DNA of 62,201 nt, filler included, from Choristocarpus tenellus KU-1152 (lineage: Eukaryota; Protista; Phaeophyceae), in the NCBI GenBank assembly GCA_964200185.2. It is 11 parts of 11 records of this genome, joined end to end, with 100 filler letters (N's around TTAATTAATTAA, not from the genome) between each part and the next. Parts side by side here need not be neighbours in the genome. Positions count along the whole stretch, not along the records: positions 36,855 to 40,658 come from CAXNAD020017833.1; positions 40,759 to 45,334 come from CAXNAD020013949.1; positions 45,435 to 48,113 come from CAXNAD020025715.1; positions 48,214 to 62,201 come from CAXNAD020001309.1; 7 more parts are not named here. One strand, written 5' to 3'. The translations under genes and the position numbers were made by a program. Shown piece after piece: positions 36,755 through 49,549 of the stretch. The notes below the pieces were generated by a model, which saw only the letters and a program-made list of their open reading frames with translations, did no database searches and had not been told where the DNA came from. Every line of letters begins with the position of its first letter. Position 1 is the stretch's first letter.

Positions 36755-39700
36755 NNNNNNNNNNNNNNNNNNNNNNNNNNNNNNNNNNNNNNNNNNNNTT
36801 AATTAATTAANNNNNNNNNNNNNNNNNNNNNNNNNNNNNNNNNNNNNNNNNNNNATGAGGGGGATGAGTGGGGGGTGGTTAGAGGGGGTGTGGAAATGGA
36901 TGCAGAGGATTCAACTTTGTTTGCTGTTGAGAGGGGAGGGAGGGGAGAGGGTGAGGGGGGGCATTCCTAGCGTAAGCGTTTTTTTTTTTTTAGTCCACAC
37001 ATGCGTGATATGTGTATTATAATTAGTTGGGCGTTGACTGGTTAGTTCCCTGTTAAGAGGGTGTTCATGCCCTTTTCTTTTTGGCTTGATCTGCATTTGG
37101 CCCTTCCTTGCGAGGTCAGAAAAATCTTCTACCTCTGAGGAAGTCGTGGGCAGAGGGAGGAGGAGGGGTTTGGACTGGAGGTGCGTTGTGAGCTGTTACC
37201 TGTAAGTCAACGAAGGGAAAGGAGGGAAGTGGATTGGATGTGTGTTTTGTTGTGCTTGTGGAAGGTAGGGTGTTGAAGGAATTCTTGCTCAGTAGTCTCC
37301 TTTTTGCTTTATCATAGTAGTAGGACAGGACACTGAATATAGCTACCATTGGTACGGTTCGCTTCTGCGAGACTTTTTTTCTTTTTTTCTCCTCCATGTG
37401 ATCTTGTTCACCTTCATTGGTGTTGACTGTGTTCATCGTCTTGAGTTCCTGGGCGGCGATTTGAAAAACTCTAGTTTGTGCTATTATATGTAGTATCTTT
37501 ATCACACCCACCAGTACCGATGACCTTTCTGCAAACTTTCCGACAAACCATTCAGTAATACTGATTGGACAAGTGCAAGTTCAGGAGTAGAGAGGATGTA
37601 GTACAACCTGTGTGGATAAAATTTCATCCGTCCACTATGTAGATATTGACCCCTTGTCTGTTTTTATTGCGGCGTACTTTTATTGGCATTTTTTTTGTTC
37701 TTTGTCTAGTGTGTTTTGTTTGATGTGGACAAGCGCATGCTTGTACCTGTGGTACCAGCTACTGCGGTCCACAATGTGAGGTGATTCTGTGTCACCGGTA
37801 CTTGGCCGGTTTGCTTGTTTCTCAAAGAACGATATTTAAAAAAAAATTTCTTGACAAAAAGTTTAGTTTATTGTTTTGTGTGCTGGTTGAGGTTCCTCCT
37901 GCATATTCTTCTGTCCTCATCTATGTGTGCATAGCTGTATGTTGGACGTGATTTTTTCAGATTGAAATACTTCAAGTAGAGATAGATCTATGAACTTCCT
38001 GGAGTATGAGGCAGGAGGTATCATGGTGATGGTAGCTGAGAAACATGGAGAAGAAAATGATAGGATAGTGGAGAAAGAAAGAAAAAAAAACTCTTGCATG
38101 TATGTCGTCTATGCATGTTTGAAATACCACAAATGTTACGATTTAACATGTAATAAAAAAAAATGTTGTTGTTCACCGTGCGTACGCAACCAAAGGACTT
38201 TGGGAAGTAACGACTCATCGGTCCACATACACCAAAACTACAAATAGTGGCACCTCCACCACGGAACTAAACATGGGCAAAAAATCAGGGGCGTGCGGAT
38301 TTTGAGGACAAATTGGAGCTTCTCGTCAACCAGATATTGGGGAATTGGCGAATTGGCATGATGCTATAATGTGTAACAATGACGGTATATACTCAATGCT
38401 TCGTATGTCGCCATCGGTTTCTTTCCGAGTCGTGGTGTTCTGCCTACTGCCTCAATTCTATGTTTACTTCCTGACCTCCGCATCAAAATGGACCCTTTTT
38501 GATGTCTCTGTCCAGCATTTGTTGCGGTAGCAGTAGAGATGAAGGATTGTTGGTTGTGAGGCGGGTAGTGCATGTTTTGGACTGGTGTAGATGATAAAGG
38601 TCCACCTATGTAGGCTTGTGTGTGGGCGTATGTGTTTATGCTATTTGGAGTAGTTCTTCCATTACCAATTGGCTTCAATGCAAAGACTTCCAAGGGAGTA
38701 TGCTTGGTTGAACCAATGGCATACATCATGGTGGTGAGTGAGCAAATGATGCCTGGAATATATCATTTTCCGAAGTAGATGAGGATGTTTATATGTGTGT
38801 GTTCTTTGTTAAATTGTACTATTCCATGTTATTATCCTTCCCAGGACGGCCCTGTGGCTCTTGTCTGCCATCTCTCTCTGGCACTGGCTCTGGCTACAAT
38901 CATCTTACTTGTATAAAGATCATTTTGTTACTTAGGAGAAAAACATACCAAATACTGCATAATATTTGCATTTTTTGTTGACTCCGTAGAGTTCCGTCTT
39001 ATGTAGGAGACACATCATACGTCGATAAGGGGGTGTGATAGGGGACAGCAGTAGTGTGGTGCAAGAAGCAGCATCTCTCTGAACAACGCTCTCATCCTAT
39101 TATGTTGATACTGTTACTGGCGCTGTTACTACCAATATCATCAATAGGATATTCCTACTGCGCCAAACAAAGTAAACGAGATGTACCCAGGTATTGGCAG
39201 CTTTGCGTCTTCGGTTGTTTTTTTCAATCTCCTGCAATTCACCATTATTTTTATTTCTATGGATAAGTGCTAAGTTTGACTTGAGACCACTGGTTTCTTT
39301 TTACTAATTACTTTTAGACAGGATTCAGAAAAGTTCCAATACCCATCTGTAGAAAAAAGTCAAATCTTGCAAATGTTTATCAGTATCTCCTTATAATGCA
39401 ACTTTGGTTACCTTTCGTTTACTTTGGCTCACTACTAAGAGTTGCCAAACCCACATTTAATGAACATGTTAGGCTGAAGGTGTGAGCATGATCATCCTTG
39501 CCAGGCGGGATGATTGCTACCACGGATACTACCAATACCACATCTCTTCTAGGAGGTTTGCTCGAAAACATTTTATGTTATTCCACTCTCACGTGTGCTT
39601 CTGTAGATAGACACCTTAGCCACGAACCGAAATTAGGAACATGTCGCTACAATGCCTTAGCTACCCAGTCATGTGCCCAACACCCCCAAAAAAATGAAGT

Positions 39701-40545
39701 TTCCTCTACAATAATTCAAATTATTGAACACGCTTCCAATTTCTCCAGACAAACGCGAAAATGCACCACTCAAGGTTTGTGCGACCACGGTGCTATTATT
39801 ACTACTTTGTTCTATTCTTCTCAATTATAATAGTAGTAGTGGTTGATAGTTAATGTGAGGGACAAGGTTATATCTTCATGTACACAGTGAAGTAATTATG
39901 ATGGGTTTTTTCTTTCCCTACTTGGATATACTCCTAAAACAAGAAATCAGACCATCTACCATCCGTATCTACATCATCAATAATCGATTACTACCCCCAC
40001 ATTTATTCCTTTTGCTAGATAGTCCTTCAAAGGGGCCATATTGATCGGCCAATTAATGCAACCATCTTTGTGTATATTTTAGCATGTACATTGCAACATT
40101 TGGCATTACACAGACGTTTATCATGATGGATGGAGTGGTGGTTCAGCCCTCCAAAAAAACGTGGAAAGTTAACTTAGAATGTTGTGCTTTAAACCAGCTT
40201 GGCTCAGTGCCCTTTGGAGAAGAATGCCGAGGCCAGAAGCCAAAGCTTACAGTAATATAAAATGTGAGTAGAAAGTCTGGGGCAAGGTTGTACCAACAAT
40301 GAATGTGCTTGAACTCTTATGTGATGCACAGGCAGCCATAGCAATCAGAATGAGGGGAGAGGGAGGTTACAAACAGGACGGTGTGCACCCTGATGACTCT
40401 ACCAAGATCGTTGTGTTTTAAAGTGTCGTGTTCATGATTTATTACTAGCATCCTCCTTCCCCATCCTCAAACGTTACTAGCATTCATATCGTTGATTGGT
40501 ATGATGACGCAGTAACAAATATTTATCCACTCTGAGCGCTTTGTA

Positions 40546-40658
40546 CTCCCGAGTTTTTATAATGAAATGTATTACCAGTGATACTACAACAAACAGCCGA
40601 TTTCAAAAATTGAGGATGGAGCTTTTCATTGAGGATGGGCTTGACCCAAAATTGACTG
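40546..40658 (+). mobile_element. Stowaway/mariner-like element end
   Basis: TA|CTCCC...AATGAAATG resembles the mariner TIR. The internal AAATTGAGGATGGAGC...GAGGATGGG...GACCC recurs reverse-complemented at about 17675-17725. Confidence 0.45.
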
Positions 40659-41136
40659 NNNNNNNNNNNNNNNNNNNNNNNNNNNNNNNNNNNNNNNNNN
40701 NNTTAATTAATTAANNNNNNNNNNNNNNNNNNNNNNNNNNNNNNNNNNNNNNNNNNNNTGGGATAGTTCAACACGTCCCAGGGTCAGTTGCTCTATAATG
40801 TCGGTTGTCCATATAACGCCTAAGTCTGAGTTTTTGTCATACTTCGAAGTATTTTAGAATATCTGTAGGAAAATGCTTGTGTGCAATACCATTGGTTGCC
40901 AGAACAAAGTTTGGCACCCTTTGCCCCACGGCGTTCATTATCCAGCGTCCGTTCTGTCATTCAATCGTTATTACACCAAGCAACCCACTTATATGGTTGT
41001 ATTCATATGTTGGTTTGATGAAATAAAACCGAGAAATATAGGCGTGTGCGTGCGTGCGTGCGTGTGAGTTGGAATACATGGTGCACCATTGTTGAGGGGG
41101 GATGCACTCTGAACTGACCACTCGTAACTCAAGAGA

Positions 41137-41368
41137 GAGCCAAAGTATCTTAGAGNNNNNNNNNGTTGCGATTTTGATGTAATTTTGGCTATTGTGTTTA
41201 TTAGGAAGTGTCAATATCCATGTTCCGGACACACCTTTTCATAATCTATACATTTTACCTACTCCTAAATATTTTGGAGTGGGTAAATGTCATTATAAAA
41301 GACATTGAAAGCCAAGTCCCAAATGGACAAACATGGAAAAACTCGTACCCTCTAAGATACTTTCACTC
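41137..41368 (-). mobile_element. MITE family A copy spanning a small N gap
   Basis: GAGCCAAAGTATCTTAGAG ... CTCTAAGATACTTTCACTC, flanked by GAGA and TAGA. Confidence 0.88.
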
Positions 41369-42214
41369 TAGATGTACCTCTTAGTTAAAATATTTGGGGT
41401 TTCACATCTTCACCATTCATTCAGGAGGTCTAACCTGTGATTTTTTGTTGATTGCATCATCCGATCCGTTTGGTTGAGGTTCGTGTCCTTATACCCGTGT
41501 CCTTTGATGTGGATTCTTGTTAGAAAATATGGTCCACCATTACTGAGGGTGGATACACTCTGGACTCTCCCATAGTAGCCCATGTCATGCATTTCTTAGT
41601 TGGAAAATTTTGGGATGTTACATCCTCTGCAGAGTTCGGTATCATCATTGACGAATGCTTCTTTTAGATTTTTTGGTGGGTGAACTCCTTGAGTTTTCTC
41701 TACTGCCGTTGTTGTTGTGGTTGTGGAAAACACGATAAATAATTCTGAGCGCTTTGGATGCAAAATAAGCTGAGTAAAAGGTGTGGTGTTTGTGTAGACT
41801 GATATCTTATCATATTTTCTTCAAGTTTTATCGACGCGCTATGATTCTATTGTGCAGTTACTACGTACAAAATACAGCAACTTTCCAGTCTAATATAGCA
41901 GGAAATTCTCGTAGTCCGTTCTTCCCACTGTACAGACTAGACAATAGTCTTTTCCTCATAAAATAATCCAAGAGAACTTCGAAGTTAACAACCTCTGACT
42001 TCAATACTGGATGTCATCATGAAAACTATTTGACAAAAAAAGAAATAGTGCGTTACCTTTACCTTTCGACGAATAGACATAGTGAGGTGGGTCTAGGAGG
42101 TATTTGGACATTTACAAGGTGTTCCAAAAGCTGTTACTAAGTGTCATTCTTGGTGCACCTACTTCTTCTGTGTAAAGATTAAAAAATGATCTAGTGACTG
42201 TTCGAGGAGCCTTT

Positions 42215-42436
42215 TACCAAGGTGCACTTTATCTTGTCCAAATTACAAGCAGTGGTCACCTTAGGGGGAATGTTTTCATCAAAGTGCATCCAGTTTTGTC
42301 CAAATTGCAAAAACGTTTACGTTTGTGTTACGATATTGTTTTCCTGGAGGCTCACATAGTCTTGTCCAAATCCCAACGTAGTGGTTGTCGTTTAGGTAGG
42401 TATTTCATCAAGGTGGAGCTGATCTTGTCCAAATCG
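42215..42436 (-). repeat. Degenerate 62-66 bp repeat (4 units) encoding FGQ(D/N)xxHLDE-like peptides
   Basis: TTGTCCAAAT recurs at about 42234, 42296, 42362 and 42425. Confidence 0.6.
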
Positions 42437-42957
42437 ACAACAACAATTGCCCCGAGGAAACTGAAGGAGTAGTGAAGGGTGGGCAGCGCCAAAGGCAGCT
42501 GAAGGCAGAGATGGAGGAGGTAGGAGCATATAATAGTTTTGCTCTGCTCTGATATTTTAATCATTGTGTATAATATGTCGGCTATTATGCGTTCCCCTCT
42601 CCACTGATGATGATCTGTAAGGCACAGGCAGGAGAGGTGGCCAAGTCTTGGTCTTGGGAGCGCAACGGATGCCAAAATATAGATATGTAATATTTGTATT
42701 TTGCAACAAACATACACGACAGGAACATCAACAGTAGTATTGTATATATACATAAGTTAATCATTCTAAAATTATGTACGTTTACCCTACCATGGCTCCT
42801 TGCGATTGTTGGGGTAGTTGTTGGGTAGTCAGGAGCGAAGTTGGTTGATGGTAGATGCATACTTGTGCAACAATCAATATATTATTATAATATGGCAGTG
42901 ATAGTTGTGCTATCTGGCGTCAATAACTGGTGGTTGTTTGATTTTTCTGTTGCTCTT

Positions 42958-43187
42958 GACCCAATGTAATTAAGAGGGAACATTGCCCTGTTTTTTCATT
43001 CAAACCTTTGTCTTCCCACAGGATTTTTATGCTCTTTTTCGGTTTCAAAACATTTGGGATTGGGTAAAATGAAGCTAGGATATTGACACTTACTAACGAA
43101 CACGATAGCCAAAAATACATCAAAATCGTAACATTGGATTTTGGACCACAAACGGACACAGCTCTACCCTCTTAAATGCTTAGACTC
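42958..43187 (+). mobile_element. Old, diverged MITE family A copy
   Basis: The right half (GGATATTGACACTT...ACATCAAAATCGTAACATTGGATTTTGG...CTCTACCCTCT) matches clearly. The left half is degraded. Confidence 0.75.
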
Positions 43188-45286
43188 CTTTAGTGTGCAA
43201 TATATTGCATATTTCTTGTGATGCGTTCTGGTTCAGTCCTCTCTCTTATGGTATGTTTTCTTGTAACCAAAATAATGTCTATAATAGAATAAGGAATTTT
43301 CTCAAGGAAAAATGGAATTGTCTTAGGCAGCTGAGGGTGAAAACAACACGAACATGTTTATGGACCCACAATCAACATGCCACCATGCATTGTTCTTGTT
43401 CGTTGTAATGAACATACCTTTCACAGGTTCATACATAGTGGAGGCCAAAGTAGCAAAATATTCAGCTTTGTTTGTATGTATACAATACGCCCTATTATGA
43501 TGTTCGATTATTTGGGGTTGGTCTTTCATGCCCAAGTAGTAATTGCAACGACGTAGGCAACATGAAGAAAAAAATATCTATTGACAATAAATAAGACTGG
43601 ATTCATGCTGAATGCATTGCTCATCCGTGTACTACTGGAGTATGCTTATGTGAGATGTAAGCGAGCTTCAAAGGCACTGTCACTGTGTGTTGTTGTATGC
43701 CACACACTCCCTCCAATCAATGTCCTGTTAATTCCACACATACGTGTGTCATTTGTATGGGACACTAATCTGAAGATAGTGCTACTCTAAGACAATAATA
43801 GGAGGAGGCAATGGTCAACCAGAAAAGAGAATGATCTCCAGTCTGAGAAACGCATTAACAACCCCACACCGTGACTCACACACTACACTCTTTCCTCATC
43901 AAAGCAATTTGACAGTATCGTCTTCTCTGTTGTAGTGTACTCACTCTAAAACCTCCTGCAACCCTCATACCCCATCTTCTCCTAATTGTGTTCCTCCAGC
44001 CATGTCCGTTACTACAACGAAAGACACTAAGTCGCACAATGTAAAAGGCGAGAAAAGAAGAAAAAGACAAAAAAAGGAACCGTGGTGAGGGCTCATCGTA
44101 CTCATCTTCCAAATGCTAGCTGAGCATAACTTTCTTCCAAGTTCAGATGACCTCAGTTCTCGAGCGTTAAGTCAAACGTGAGCTATGAAGCGAACGTGAT
44201 CCACGACAAACTAGCACACGCTCGGAACTCTCAAAAGCACACCATATGCATCAAGTTAGAACACATGAAAACATCTCTTCCACAGGTCCCAAGCCCTTGA
44301 AGCCATTCAGACTCTGGTCCTGTAGCCGTGGTCAAAAGTGAGGAGCACCCTGTGCACAGCCAGTGCACAATGAACCTAGAGGCACACGCTATCATGTAAA
44401 GATGGGACTCCCATCTGTGTCAGTAGGTGACACAAACATACCAATACACTTTCTCTGCTTGTGACAGCACAAGCATGAACACCTTTATAGAACATGGTTA
44501 TGCTAGTCAGAACCAGAACAATGTGGACGCACGAGTGCAGCAAGGTGAGGATTTGACGACTCTCCAAACATGGCATGGTGCTGTGTTGTGGAGTCAGTGT
44601 CCTTGGCGGTGTTGCTGGTCTGCTGTTGATGTGTAGATTCATCAGTGCCATTCACCACACCACGTAGGTGTGGTGACACATGAAGTCCAGCACATGATGT
44701 CAGTGGTCCAGGTCCCACCCTCGCCACTACTATGCACAGGCTGTGGAGAAGGTGCTGGTGTATAATCCATTGGAGGTAACTGACTTCAGAATCCAATTCG
44801 ACTTTCTTTATTCTTCTTCGTCATAATATTAAACTTTTTGTGGACATGTTGACAATTGCTATTTCAAAGAGGTCTAAAACCATTTCTTCAAGCAAAGAAG
44901 AGGCCAGAGAGATTAACGGAATTGCTGTTGGAGTGTTCAGGACATTGTGGACCTGACTTGTGGCAACAACACTTTTGACAACCGGGTATATCTCCAAGTT
45001 GTTCGAAAAGATTGACTAAAAATAGGTAGTTTCCGGATTAAACACAATCACCTGTACGACAAAGATTTTTACATATTTTGTGCTTATTTTGTGCAGAAAA
45101 AGGTTATATTAAAAATGAGAGTGATCAAAGCATACTAGGACAGTGTGTAGGGTTTCTTGCATGGACCAGCCTATGGGGCTGTCCTATAAAATACGACATT
45201 TACATTTATTCAGCACAGTAAGCCTCTCCACCAATGATCTTTGGTGATAATCCGTCAGGTTCTATGCCTTATGATTCTCCGTCATT

Positions 45287-45334
45287 GACCCAAAGTATCT
45301 GGGGGGGTGGGGGGGGTCTACATGAGGGTGTCCA
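45287..45334 (+). mobile_element. MITE family B partial copy at contig end
   Basis: GACCCAAAGTATCTGGGG...AGGGTGTCCA. Confidence 0.8.
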
Positions 45335-46304
45335 NNNNNNNNNNNNNNNNNNNNNNNNNNNNNNNNNNNNNNNNNNNNTTAATTAATTAANNNNNNNNNN
45401 NNNNNNNNNNNNNNNNNNNNNNNNNNNNNNNNNNAAATTCAGGACCTGCCAACGAGCCTGGGTCGTGAAAAACCAAAGGAAAAGCGTTCGCTCCAGCCCC
45501 CCCCCCCCCCCCCCCCCCCCGATAGGATAAGATCGTGAGGGCAGGTATTTGTTCCAACGGACTTCGGTGAAGTAAGTCCGTGAATGGAGTTCAGGGGGGT
45601 GTTTCAGGCCTGTGCAGCTTTTGAATACATTTCCCCAACTTTTGGAGGTAAAAATGTTTCCAAATGAGGCGGCATGCGTCTGTGTACTCCGAATGATGGA
45701 TACACTTGAATAATATATTACAAAAATAAAAAAATAAATGAAAAAGAAACGGGGTCTGTTTCTGCTGGCCACAGTTTTGCTCCAAACGGTGCCTGGCCCC
45801 TCTCTTGTACAGCAGCACGCCTCCCAATTACGTACTACCTCTAAAGAGTTACAACAATACTCAAGAACACGGTAAAACCATCTCCAGATCGATCGATTGA
45901 TTCCTCAGTCCAATTCCAAAGACATCCAAAAAAGAAAAGAAAAAAGAGGCGAACCGCAAAAAAGAAAAAAAAAGAAAAAAAAGAAAAAAAAAGAAAAGAA
46001 AAATGAAAGAAAAATGAAAGAAAAACGTGATTGCGGTGGGCACAGCCGGTTTGTTCACGATTCGACGCTGATTGCGTTCCTCCGACATCTCTTCCCTGAT
46101 TTAGGGCTTAAGCGCAGCGGGATAAAGGAGCTGCTCCGGGCCACGAGGAGGAACCCTTACTTGAAACGACTGAATGGGATGGAGCTTGGACTTCTCAGGG
46201 CAGAGGACACGGATGCTCTAGACCTAAGTGGGTGGGTGGCCATGCGGAGATTGTGAGATGGAGGCCCTGTCCGAAATCACCTGCAACTGCAGGGATTGTA
46301 GCCG

Positions 46305-46564
46305 GAGCCAAAGTATCTTAGAGGGTAGAGCCGCGACCATTTGGGGGCCAAAATCCAACGTTGCGATTTTGATGTAATTTTGGCTGGCGTGTTTTTGTTG
46401 GGAAGTATTAATATCCATGTTGTGGACACACCTTTTGTAACATAAACACTTAACCTACTCCTAAACATTTCGGAGTAGGAAAATGTCATAAAATAACCCA
46501 TTGAAAGCCAAACCCCGAATGGACAGACAGGGCAAAACTCGTACCCTCTAAGATACTTTCACAT
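46305..46564 (-). mobile_element. MITE family A full copy
   Basis: Both TIRs are present. No clear TSD. Confidence 0.9.
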
Positions 46565-47627
46565 TGCTCGGTGTATGCCTAATGCACATATGCGCATGCA
46601 TACATATGTGCATGTGCATGTGCATGTACAGAAATATGTGTGTGTGTGTATACTTTTCGAAAACTATATATGTGTATGTAAATGTGTATGTGTGTATCTT
46701 GTACTCTTATCCTTTTCTAGTCGTTTTTGGTAAGGACTGTTACTACTTCTGCATGAATTATCCGTTTTTGAAGGGGGCAGGGAGAGATGATACAAACACT
46801 ACAGGCACTCCTTCCGCCAACGGAAACTCCTACGTTTGCATAGATGCCACAATAAGCCAATGGGGCCATTTATCGTGTGCCAGCAACAATTAAAATGATA
46901 ACATTTTAGCCATTATTTCAAAGTATAACATTACTCTAATTTAATCATTACAGCTAAACAAATTACTTTTTTTTTTTGATGTTGTGAAAAAAAAGAAGCC
47001 GTAACCATCTGAAATCGCATCTTGAACTGTGTGTAGTTCACACCATTTCCCCTAAGAACGTTCTGATCTTGCCTTCGGATTTTGTGTGTGTGGTGGTGGG
47101 GGGGGGGGATTTGCATTGGTACCTGTGGTTTTCATGCCTCATAGACAGGAGCTGGGTCCCTTGGAGATCACTGTGGTGGCGAGTTGCTTGAAGGGCAGGA
47201 AAACTGGTCTACAAACAATAGATCTGCATGATAACTCTATAACAACGTGAGTCTGTTACAACACCACAGAGACGGTAAGATATTCAATCTTCGCAAGGCC
47301 AAAAATATATATGTCTTACCCACTCTTTTTGACATCGCCTCTTGCTGCACACCCTTCTCCCCCCCCCCCCCCCCCCCCCCCCCCCCCACTTTTTTTTTTT
47401 TTCTCCCCTTTTTTTTTTTCCCTTTCTTTCTTTCCTTCTTTTTTTTTTTNNNNNNNNNNGTTCCCCCCCCTTTTTTTCCCCCCCCCTTTCAGCACCCCCC
47501 TCCCCCCCCCCCCCCCCCCAATCCCATTCCACAGTTGATTTTGACTTCAACCATTTTATTGGTACCCTGTCATCTGCTCGATCGCTTGATTTTATGCTGG
47601 GAGGTTCTTGGAATTATTCTGTACATC

Positions 47628-47690
47628 CTAATAATAATAATAATAGTAGTAATAATAACAATAATAGCAATAGCAATAACAATAATAATG
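47628..47690 (+). repeat. Imperfect (AAT)n microsatellite
   Basis: Run of AAT/AGT/AAC/AGC trinucleotides. Confidence 0.85.
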
Positions 47691-47975
47691 AACTCTTCCA
47701 CTCAAGGTCATTATATGCTTTGTTGTAGGGGCTGTTTGAAAGATGTTGATTTTGTGTTGACATGACTAGGCGCGAGGTGTTGAATCGGATTTGCTCAGAG
47801 CTATAGAGATTGAATACACCTAGAGTATTTTGTACATAAATTCACACACACATACACATACACATAGTGGTACACTTACACTCCAGAACTTATCTTTTTA
47901 TTAAGCCCTTCGCGTTGCAGGTACACAAGGTACTTTATGACTGCTGGCATTCATTGGGCAAGCAAGATACCTGTG

Positions 47976-48113
47976 GAGTGAAAGTATCTTAGAGGGTACA
48001 AATTTTGCCGCGTTTGTCCATTTGGTGCGAGGCTTCGCATGGGTGGTCTTAAGACATTTTCCTACTCCAAAATGTTTCGGAGTAGATGAAAAGTATACCA
48101 TATGAGAAGGTGT
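47976..48113 (+). mobile_element. MITE family A left half at contig end
   Basis: GAGTGAAAGTATCTTAGAGGGTA...GTCCATTTGG...CCTACTCCAAAATGTTTCGGAGTAG. Confidence 0.85.
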
Positions 48114-49549
48114 NNNNNNNNNNNNNNNNNNNNNNNNNNNNNNNNNNNNNNNNNNNNTTAATTAATTAANNNNNNNNNNNNNNNNNNNNNNNNNNNNNNN
48201 NNNNNNNNNNNNNGTGATGTGATGCAGTTTCAAGTGTGGGGTGTACCCTAATCTGTTACGTGATCAAGAGGCCCAATAAACTGTCCGAACACACATAGAA
48301 CCATGCCTTATGATGGAATTGGCACTTAGTCACCCCGCTGTACCTATTTTCAGGTACTACTCACAAATGCTGGAATATTTGCGACAATGAGAGATATGAC
48401 CCAAGGGTCATTTGGGGTCAATAATCAAGTGATCTTTTCAGCGAGTTCATAGATCTCAATGTCAACTCTTGGACCAATATTGGATTCTATACGGTCAAAA
48501 TCAGGTCAGAGATGATGTGGAGGAACTGAAAAGTGATGACAAGAAATTGAAAGGTCATGAGGGGGAATGAACTTTGGAAGATCAAGATCAATATATACCG
48601 AGGGGTGGTGGGATTTACATCCTTGCTGAACAATCTAAACAGCACAGTAGTGTATGAACGCCAAGGATGCTGTCCTGGTTGCATACATAAACCCTGGAGC
48701 CATTTTAGGAACCTAGATCGTTGCGGATGACAAGTTACGGTTTGAACTCAACTTTCTCAGTCAACATGTACATGGAAGTATCAGATGTAGCAGTGCATTT
48801 CTTTTTTTTAAGATAGGGCGACGTAAATCTGGAAATGCTGTGGAATCAGCGGAAGGGCTGGTGGAATTCCATGGGACAGTGGACACCAGAGAACTCCTTG
48901 TATGATATGTGCTAACCTCCAGGAACTGGAATCTGTGGTTGGTGAGCTCTGTGCTAGACCTGGGAAGGTAACCAACCACAGATTCCAGTTCATCTTCCAA
49001 TCAATAGAAAAGAGTGAAATGATACTGATTCCTATGGTTCACTAGATGTTGGACAAAGATTCAATAAGTGGGATTGTTTCAGTAGACTAACAGTTGCAAA
49101 TATTAGGACAATGGTAAGAGAAACACGGGATTGATGTACTTTCATTGTATCAGCTACAACCTCACCAACATTGACATAGGACGGGTATATTGGAGTAGGA
49201 TATGGATCAAACCATGAATTACAGCTCAGAAATATGTCTGCTGTGTAGGCGTTGGCAATGTATTGTGTGAGTCCCATGGTTTGAAATTGGATTGGAAAAG
49301 AGAGAGTGTCTGGGTATCTGTTGGTGACAAGTGGAAGAGTATTGATATTCATAACATTATATTACACAGTCCAACACCAAGGCATCATATGATCACAGAT
49401 GATTATGCCAATTGTGTTACTACCAGGTCTCAGTGTCTCAGTGTACAGTGTCTGGGGGTGTGATCACACTTGTGGATGAGTGTGTAGATGTGGTCGTCAA
49501 GTATTCAAAAGACAATTACAACATTCAAAGGATCCTGGAAGAATTTGAA

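Noticed and set aside
45897-47765. Poly-K, poly-P and poly-F ORFs
   Set aside because: They derive from homopolymer or low-quality tracts and microsatellites, partly next to N gaps.
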